Assembly: GCA_039821145.1 (NCBI GenBank)
Contig: JBCBOS010000031.1
Span: 74,103 to 98,102 of the forward strand
Reading direction: 5' to 3'
Length of the DNA stretch: 24,000 bases
From: Bacteroidota bacterium
Lineage (GTDB): Bacteria; Bacteroidota; Bacteroidia; Chitinophagales; Saprospiraceae
In this document: piece after piece, positions 18,311-24,000 of the stretch
Numbering within the stretch: the first letter of the stretch is position 1
Layout: each line of letters starts with the position of its first letter
Position numbers and translations under genes: made by a program
Notes under the pieces: model-generated
Told to the model about the DNA's origin: nothing
The model's input: the letters and a program-made list of their open reading frames with translations, nothing else
Databases searched by the model: none

Positions 18311-18396
18311 GAGCAGCTTGGGAACCCATGAATTGGGCCACAAATGCCACTTTTAACGATCTGCAACTATCTTTCGCAGAGGAAATCTTGTAAATT

Positions 18397-18429
18397 GTCT
18401 CATAAAATCAAGCGCAAGACTTATGAGAC
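18397..18429 (+). promoter_or_regulatory. inverted repeat overlapping the start codon of the PKD/T9SS gene
   Basis: GTCTCATAA (18397-18405) and TTATGAGAC (18421-18429), perfect 9 bp; the ATG start at 18423 lies inside the 3' arm. Confidence 0.4.
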
Positions 18430-20315
18430 TAAATCTTATCTTCTTTCTACTGGCCTTTTGTTTTGGCAATGCCTACGGGCAAATCACCTATACCGCTGCT
18501 GATTATGCCGAGCCCGGCGATGAGTTTTTGCTCAGCACCGCCTCGATCGACTCCCTCAATCTACCAGACTTTGCCCAGGCAGGGGCCGATGTCAGTTGGG
18601 ACTTTTCCGATCTCGCCATTCTCACACAAGATTCCATCTACTTTACCTCTGCAGACAATTCCGGCTATCAGCAAGGATTCATCTTTACCTGTGTGGCCAG
18701 TGGTGGCAATATCTTTCAGTGCAACCAATTGTGGACAGAACTGGTCAACCTCGGCATCAAAGGAGAATTGGACATCAACCTGCCCAACATCCCCATCACG
18801 GACATTGCCCGCCTGACCAATAAATCCAACGCGGCCTTGGCCAATACGATGGTGGGCCTCACCGTAGAACAGGGAGGCTTCAGCTTGCCCCTCACCAATG
18901 TCTACACCGACATCGATACCCTCTATCGCTTCCCGATGGAGTACCAAAACCAGCATCGTTCAACCGGACGGGTGATTGTGGGGATTCAAGACGGTCCGAC
19001 GGGAGACCTTGGCTTGGCCACCAATACCGTCCGCAACAGTGTCGTGGAAGGATACGGCAGCCTTGTCACCCCCTACCGATCTTATGGTCAGACCCTCAAG
19101 CTAAAATCCACCGTTCTCAATACAGACACCCTCATTTTGGATACCATAAGAACGGCCATTCCCCCAAATACCACTGTCACCTATGAATGGTTCGACTTGG
19201 AATATGGGGTCCCTGTACTGTCTGTCACAGCCACTCAAATTGGAAATTTTGAGCTGGTAACCAATATTCAGTTCATCGATACGGCCCGCTGCCTGGAGCC
19301 ATTGGCCTTGTACTTGTCAACCCCTCTGCAGCCCATTGTCGACATCAACGGAAATGTGGAGGTGACCTTTACCAACCAAAGCCTCAATGCAGACAGCCTC
19401 GTTTGGGATTTTGGCGACGGCCAGACAAGTACAGAAGAAAGTCCCGTCCATACGTACAGCGGAGGAGAAAATACCTACATCGTTCAGCTCATTGCTTGCA
19501 ATACCCAACAAAACTGCACGCCGCCCATTTGCGATACCTTGCAGTTGCCCTTGACCATACAAGACACCACAGCCAGCGGTCCGATCGACGCACTCTTTAC
19601 CGCTCCAGCAGAAGGCTGCCAAGGCAATCCTGTGGTTTTTCAAAACAACTCTGACAATGCCAGCAGGTATTTGTGGAACTTTGGAGACAACAATACCTCT
19701 ACCAACCCCAGTCCGACCCACAGCTACCAACAGCCCGGTGAATACAAGATCACACTCATCGCATCCAATCGAACGGACGTAGACAGCAGCAGCCAAAGCA
19801 TTGTGATCCTTCCCGCGCCAGAACCTGCTCTGGGCAATGACACCACGATCAACATCGATGGATCTGTCGTCTTGAGTCCAGGAACATTCAGCTCCTACCT
19901 TTGGTCCGATGGCACGACTGGATCATCCATCTCTTTGGATGCCTCCCAGCTGGGACAAGGCACTTTTTTGTATGCTGTCACGGTGACGGATGAGGAAGGC
20001 TGCAGCGCATCGGATGAGGTGTCGATCACGGTCAGAGACCTGTCCAGTCTAGCTGAGGTAATTGACGGCTACAAGTTGGAGATTTTCCCATCTCCGGTAC
20101 AAGATTGGCTGCACATACAAGTTGAGGCAGTCCAAGGAGTTGCCCAGCCGTCTGAATGGCGCATTGCGCTCTATGATTTGAGTGGAAAGATGTTGTTGAC
20201 AGAGCAAATGCAAAACGAACTGCACAAGGTCGACTTGTCCAATTGGCCTGCCGGCGTGTATTTGCTGCGCGTACAGCTGGATCAGCAGTTCAAAACCTTC
20301 AAAATCGTCCGCTAA
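18423..20315 (+). CDS. secreted PKD-domain protein with T9SS type A sorting domain
   Basis: Signal peptide LIFFLLAFCFGNAYG; two PKD-type repeats (LVWDFGDGQTSTEESPVHTYS; YLWNFGDNNTSTNPSPTHSYQQPGEYKITLIASN); C-terminal LEIFPSPVQDWLHIQV...WPAGVYLLRVQLDQQFKTFKIVR. Confidence 0.92.
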   Translation: MRLNLIFFLLAFCFGNAYGQITYTAADYAEPGDEFLLSTASIDSLNLPDFAQAGADVSWDFSDLAILTQDSIYFTSADNSGYQQGFIFTCVASGGNIFQCNQLWTELVNLGIKGELDINLPNIPITDIARLTNKSNAALANTMVGLTVEQGGFSLPLTNVYTDIDTLYRFPMEYQNQHRSTGRVIVGIQDGPTGDLGLATNTVRNSVVEGYGSLVTPYRSYGQTLKLKSTVLNTDTLILDTIRTAIPPNTTVTYEWFDLEYGVPVLSVTATQIGNFELVTNIQFIDTARCLEPLALYLSTPLQPIVDINGNVEVTFTNQSLNADSLVWDFGDGQTSTEESPVHTYSGGENTYIVQLIACNTQQNCTPPICDTLQLPLTIQDTTASGPIDALFTAPAEGCQGNPVVFQNNSDNASRYLWNFGDNNTSTNPSPTHSYQQPGEYKITLIASNRTDVDSSSQSIVILPAPEPALGNDTTINIDGSVVLSPGTFSSYLWSDGTTGSSISLDASQLGQGTFLYAVTVTDEEGCSASDEVSITVRDLSSLAEVIDGYKLEIFPSPVQDWLHIQVEAVQGVAQPSEWRIALYDLSGKMLLTEQMQNELHKVDLSNWPAGVYLLRVQLDQQFKTFKIVR

Positions 20316-20358
20316 ACACTCCTTGTCAGCGGACACATACTCATTGGGGTGAGTGTAA

Positions 20359-20395
20359 ATTTAGCCATATGGGTACAGAACTCATATGGCTAAAT
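20359..20395. other. perfect inverted repeat between convergent genes, possible terminator
   Basis: ATTTAGCCATATG (20359-20371) and CATATGGCTAAAT (20383-20395), 13 bp perfect, extendable by G:T and G:C; no T-tract. Confidence 0.7.
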
Positions 20396-20432
20396 GATAG
20401 GTGGTCAGAAGATTGACCAAAGGAAAAGGCTT

Positions 20433-20927
20433 CTAGTTGGAAGATCTTTCGTAGGCGAACCCTCCTTTCTTGTTTCGAGACCAACTGGTAAACTTGATGT
20501 CGATGGCAATGTTTTCCTCCACCAACAGCATGACGTAGTCGGTTCCAACGATGTTGCGAGGCATGTCTACGACAGTTCTGAAATTTCCAAATGTCAAATT
20601 GTCCAAATCGGCTGTCGTTCCTTCTGCCCAGAGGGTGCCTGCTGGACTGGTATCCTTGCTGGCATCATCTTCTGTCACAGCGTTGAAAATTTGTCCCCCA
20701 CCCTCAGCGCGAGTGATCCATACCAAGTTGGTGATTCGATCTTGGTTGGCCTCCAGGGTGTGGTCCGTATCATCTGGTTTTTCAAAGGTGACAGTTGGCC
20801 CCGACCAAACCGTGATTTGCATTACTGGCGGCACATCTGGCGCCTCCGTCTTGTCGTTGTTGCAAGCCGTAAAAAAAAGAATGCTCAGCAAGGTGATTGA
20901 CAACAAATGAAAATTTGCGTACTTCAT
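20433..20927 (-). CDS. hypothetical lipoprotein
   Basis: From MKYANFHLLSITLLSILFFTACNNDK: signal peptide and lipobox. Mature domain unrecognised (VWITRAEGGGQIFNAVTEDDASKDTSPAGTLWAEGTTADLDNLTFGNF). Confidence 0.7.
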   Translation of the reverse strand: MKYANFHLLSITLLSILFFTACNNDKTEAPDVPPVMQITVWSGPTVTFEKPDDTDHTLEANQDRITNLVWITRAEGGGQIFNAVTEDDASKDTSPAGTLWAEGTTADLDNLTFGNFRTVVDMPRNIVGTDYVMLLVEENIAIDIKFTSWSRNKKGGFAYERSSN

Positions 20928-21111
20928 AGCAACCAAAAATTGTGATGTTAAGATATTGAGCTGTTTGACAAACGAAGGTAACAACTTATCGGATTTGCGC
21001 TTATACAAAAGGAGAAAATGCCGCGCTGATACCCGTAATTTCCCTTTCGAACGAGCATTTTACAAAAAAACGGGTGTCCTACAGTGCAAAAACGCCTGAG
21101 AATTGAGGCAT

Positions 21112-22701
21112 TTATCCTTTGACCGACATTTCGTCCGATGACAGATGCTGGGCCTTCGAGACGGTCAAGCGGGAGACCAAAATGATGCTGACCAGCCCTG
21201 CCAACATGGCCAAGGTCCGGAATGGAAAGAGGACAACACCATCTTCTATCATTGGATAAGGCAGCAAGATTGGAATGCCCAAAATGGCATCTCCTCCGCC
21301 AAATCGCAAGACAGAAGCGACCGCAAAGCCTGCCAAGGCCCCCCAGCGATTGGCCTTGGGATCGAAAAGGGCACACACCAAGGCGGGAAACAGCAAGCAA
21401 TAGACAAAGTCGCTGCACAAGTACCACAGTTCGTAGACACTCTTGATTTGCAGTGCCAGCAAGGTCGCTGCAATCCCAATGATCCAAATGCACTTTTGTA
21501 TGACCCGGCCCAGCTCGTCGGAAGAAATGTTGGGGCGAAGCAGGGGTTTGTAGACATTCCAGCTGGCCAGGGAAGAAGCCGACAAAATGGAAGAATCCAC
21601 CGACGACATGACTGCCGCTGCTACGGCCCCCAAGCCAATGGTGGCCACCCAGGGATTGGTCAAGTAGCGGACGACATAGGGCAAGGTAGAAGCAGAGTCG
21701 GGCGGGCTGGGCAAGCCCATGGCCGTCCAATCTGTGACCCCTCCGATCATGCCGATGAGTACGGCCGGAATGGCGGCGAGTAGACAGACAAATCCTGCCA
21801 CGATGGACAGCCAGACCGCCGTTTTCGCATTTTTGGCCGACAACACCCGCTGAAAATACACCTGCCAAGCAATCCCTCCGAAGATCAACAACAGCGAATT
21901 GTCCCACCAATTCCAGTAATAATTGCCCAAAGCGGCCTTGGTGGGCCAAAAAGACGCCAAATCGCCGTGTTGCGCCTGATAGAGTTCCCATACTTTTTCC
22001 ATCCCTCCCAAATTGCCCATGGCCGATGGCAGCACGATCAACAGCCCCAGCATCAGCAAAATCATCTGCACCACATCGGTCAGCGCCACCGCCCATAGAC
22101 CTCCGACTGCGGTGTAAGCAATGGCAATGACGGCGGACAAGAGAATGGCAGGTGTCGTATCCAGGCCCAGCACGGTTCCAAAGGTGGTTCCCAAAGCGGT
22201 AAGGATGGCGGCGGTCCAAAACAATTCTCCCGCCAGGGCAGGCAGGAAAAACAAAGCGGTGGTTCGTTTGCCAAATCGCTCCTGCAAGGGGTCGAGCATG
22301 GTGTGGTAGGAACGCGCTCTCATTTTTCCCGCAAAAAACAACCCGCCGATGATCAGACTCATGGCATAGCCCCAGGGGGCCTGTACCCACATCAGCCCAA
22401 AGGAGGCGGTATATTCTGCCGTTCCGTTGATGTAGCCACCCCCAACCCAGGTGGCGCTCATGGTAAAAACGGCCACAAAAAGCGGGATGGATCGGCCGGC
22501 CAGCATCATGTCTTCGCTCTTGCCGTCGTTGCGCTGTCCTGCAATCCAAGCCCCCAACAAAAAGATGATGCCATAGAAGAGGAGCATGGCAAAAAAGCCC
22601 GGCCAAAAGACGTTGGCACCTGCCCAGTATAAATAGGCCCCACCGATGATCAAGGCGGCAAAAGCCATCAAGCTGGGCCAAAGCCCTTTGCGTATCTTCA
22701 T
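21112..22701 (-). CDS. sodium:solute symporter family protein, high-affinity choline transporter (CHT/SLC5A7)-like
   Basis: Multi-TM protein starting MKIRKGLWPS; ATWVGGGYINGTAEY, TMLDPLQERFGKRTTALFFLPALAGELFWTAAILTALG, YTAVGGLWAVALTDVVQ, GGIAWQVYFQRVLSAKNA, LGAVAAAVMSSVDSSILSASSL closely resemble recalled CHT sequences. Confidence 0.85.
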   Translation of the reverse strand: MKIRKGLWPSLMAFAALIIGGAYLYWAGANVFWPGFFAMLLFYGIIFLLGAWIAGQRNDGKSEDMMLAGRSIPLFVAVFTMSATWVGGGYINGTAEYTASFGLMWVQAPWGYAMSLIIGGLFFAGKMRARSYHTMLDPLQERFGKRTTALFFLPALAGELFWTAAILTALGTTFGTVLGLDTTPAILLSAVIAIAYTAVGGLWAVALTDVVQMILLMLGLLIVLPSAMGNLGGMEKVWELYQAQHGDLASFWPTKAALGNYYWNWWDNSLLLIFGGIAWQVYFQRVLSAKNAKTAVWLSIVAGFVCLLAAIPAVLIGMIGGVTDWTAMGLPSPPDSASTLPYVVRYLTNPWVATIGLGAVAAAVMSSVDSSILSASSLASWNVYKPLLRPNISSDELGRVIQKCIWIIGIAATLLALQIKSVYELWYLCSDFVYCLLFPALVCALFDPKANRWGALAGFAVASVLRFGGGDAILGIPILLPYPMIEDGVVLFPFRTLAMLAGLVSIILVSRLTVSKAQHLSSDEMSVKG

Positions 22702-22778
22702 CTGTTTTGTACTAAAAGTGTTTAATCCCCACAAAATATCCATATTTTTGGACTTCAGCAGCCAATCACGCTGGACGG

Positions 22779-23516
22779 ATGGATCACTGCTCACACCAAA
22801 TCAACGAGATGCAAAAAGCCCCTACCCTACTGGAAAAATCACTGGCTTGGAGTGTACATATGTTTACTTCCTCTGGCCTGCTCTGTGGTTTCATGGCCAT
22901 ATTGGCCATCAATCGCTCCGATTGGGCGGAGGCCATGTGGTGGCTGCTGGCCAGTTTGGTGATCGATGGCATTGACGGCACCTTTGCCCGCCTGTTCCGG
23001 GTGCAAGAGGTTCTTCCCTACATGAATGGCAAAACCATTGACTATGTGATCGACTTTGCGACCTACGCCATCATCCCCGCCTACTTTTTTTACCAGGCCC
23101 AATTGGTGCCCGACGATTGGCGATTGCCCTGTACTTTTGCCATTTTGTTGTCTTCCGCCCTCTACTACGGCAAAGAGGGAATGGTCTCCGATGACATGTA
23201 CTTTGTGGGCTTTCCCGTGATGTGGAACATGGTGGTGTTTTACCAAGTCTTTGTGGTGCAGATCCCTCCCATGGGACATGTAGCCGCCGTCTTCTTTTTT
23301 GCAGCTCTCCACTTCATTCCCATCAAGTTTGTGTACCCAAGTCAGGCCTCCCGCTATCGGGCCTTCACCCTCGGGCTGACCATCGTATTTTTGCTGACCC
23401 TCCCCCTGATCCTCTATTTGTATCCCAAAAGAAGTCCTTGGTTGACAGGCTTGGCCCTCTTCAACGGTGCTGCCTACGGACTGCTGGCGGTGTACAACAC
23501 CTACATCGAGAAATGA
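22779..23516 (+). CDS. pcs: phosphatidylcholine synthase (CDP-alcohol phosphatidyltransferase family)
   Basis: AWSVHMFTSSGLLCGFMAIL, WWLLASLVIDGIDGTFARLFRVQEVLPYMNGKTIDYVIDFATYAIIPAYFFYQ, SALYYGKEGMVSDDMYFVGFPVMWNMVVFY matches recalled rhizobial Pcs. An alternative start at 22809 (MQKAPTLLEKS) is equally plausible. Confidence 0.85.
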   Translation: MDHCSHQINEMQKAPTLLEKSLAWSVHMFTSSGLLCGFMAILAINRSDWAEAMWWLLASLVIDGIDGTFARLFRVQEVLPYMNGKTIDYVIDFATYAIIPAYFFYQAQLVPDDWRLPCTFAILLSSALYYGKEGMVSDDMYFVGFPVMWNMVVFYQVFVVQIPPMGHVAAVFFFAALHFIPIKFVYPSQASRYRAFTLGLTIVFLLTLPLILYLYPKRSPWLTGLALFNGAAYGLLAVYNTYIEK

Positions 23517-23632
23517 GTGCCTTCGCAAGATTGTGTTGGCAATAAACAGAGGGGCTGCCCCATTTTCTGAATCGATCTTTCTTCCCTTTGGGCAAAAGTG
23601 TGTACTTTTCAGCAAACATACTTTGGAAATCG

Positions 23633-24000
23633 ATGAGTCAAGTCCGGGAGCTACCCTTTGTTCGCCTACTGATCCCCTTCCTTGTGGGCATTGGCATCGC
23701 CTGGTCTCATCCGTTTTCTTTTCCCGCCCTCGATGTTCTGCTCTGGCTGAGTCTTTCACTGGCCATCTACGCTCGCTGGAAGCCCGTCCCCTTCGGCATG
23801 CGGTGGTGGCCTGGTTTGTTGTACAGCTTATTTTTTGGTGTATTGGGACATCAAATGTGCCTGAAAAACAATGAGTTAGCCCATTCTGATCATTTTCACC
23901 ACCACATGACCAAGGACAATGGATGGATCGGTGCCGTCAGTCAACTGCCAGAAGAAGGGAAAAGAATTCGACTGACAATGGAGGTGGATCAGCTGTTGGA
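23633..24000 (+). CDS. comEC: N-terminus of a ComEC/Rec2-family protein (runs off the window)
   Basis: Manual translation MSQVRELPFVRLLIPFLVGIGIAWSHPFSFPALDVLLWLSLSLAIYARWKP...GLLYSLFFGVLGHQMCLKNNELAHSDHF...GWIGAVSQLPEEGKRIRLTMEVDQLL resembles the DUF4131 N-terminal region of Bacteroidota ComEC. Open frame to the edge; absent from the supplied ORF track. Confidence 0.65.
   Translation, partial: MSQVRELPFVRLLIPFLVGIGIAWSHPFSFPALDVLLWLSLSLAIYARWKPVPFGMRWWPGLLYSLFFGVLGHQMCLKNNELAHSDHFHHHMTKDNGWIGAVSQLPEEGKRIRLTMEVDQLL

Noticed and set aside
18423-20315. PKD/T9SS protein as a novel system component
   Set aside because: PKD-repeat proteins with T9SS sorting tails are common surface proteins in this phylum; nothing beyond the start-codon inverted repeat stands out.
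20948-22681. 577-aa minus-strand ORF, longer than the symporter call
   Set aside because: Alternative frame over the choline transporter-like CDS; Arg/His/Cys-rich composition with no domain. The 21112-22701 frame has strong family motifs.
22839-23759. 306-aa minus-strand ORF
   Set aside because: Antisense to the phosphatidylcholine synthase gene, no domain, highly charged translation.
1-24000. CRISPR arrays, prophage, transposons, toxin-antitoxin or defence islands
   Set aside because: No regularly spaced repeats, transposase/integrase-like proteins, tRNA-flanked insertions or recognisable defence proteins were seen by eye on either strand.

Overview
This looks like a chromosomal segment from a Bacteroidota organism, probably Saprospiria-like. 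The lineage is inferred from the type IX secretion (T9SS) sorting domains, the Bacteroidota-type small sigma/anti-sigma pair and the protein styles, all from memory and not tested by any search. The window is mostly ordinary, well-packed genes. In order it holds: the tail of a surface protein with a gliding-motility/CHU_C C-terminal domain; a sigma factor / Cys-rich lipoprotein / anti-sigma-like cluster; lysA; valS; an orphan small peptide with a RiPP (pinensin-like) leader; an outer-membrane beta-barrel candidate plus waaA (kdtA); a UDP-glucuronate decarboxylase and dTDP-glucose 4,6-dehydratase pair; a small lipoprotein; a lipoprotein-type inorganic pyrophosphatase; an arsenosugar-biosynthesis pair (AhpD-like protein plus radical SAM ArsS); a T9SS surface protein; an RmlD-like reductase; a methyltransferase; a PKD-domain T9SS protein; a lipoprotein; a high-affinity choline transporter-like Na+ symporter; a divergent phosphatidylcholine synthase; and the start of a ComEC-like gene running off the window. 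The best leads are (1) the divergent choline transporter / phosphatidylcholine synthase pair, (2) the orphan RiPP-like precursor with a cysteine-free core, and (3) the compact ArsS pair with Cys where some relatives may carry selenocysteine. No CRISPR array, phage, transposon or defence island was recognised, and no clearly novel multi-gene system could be demonstrated.
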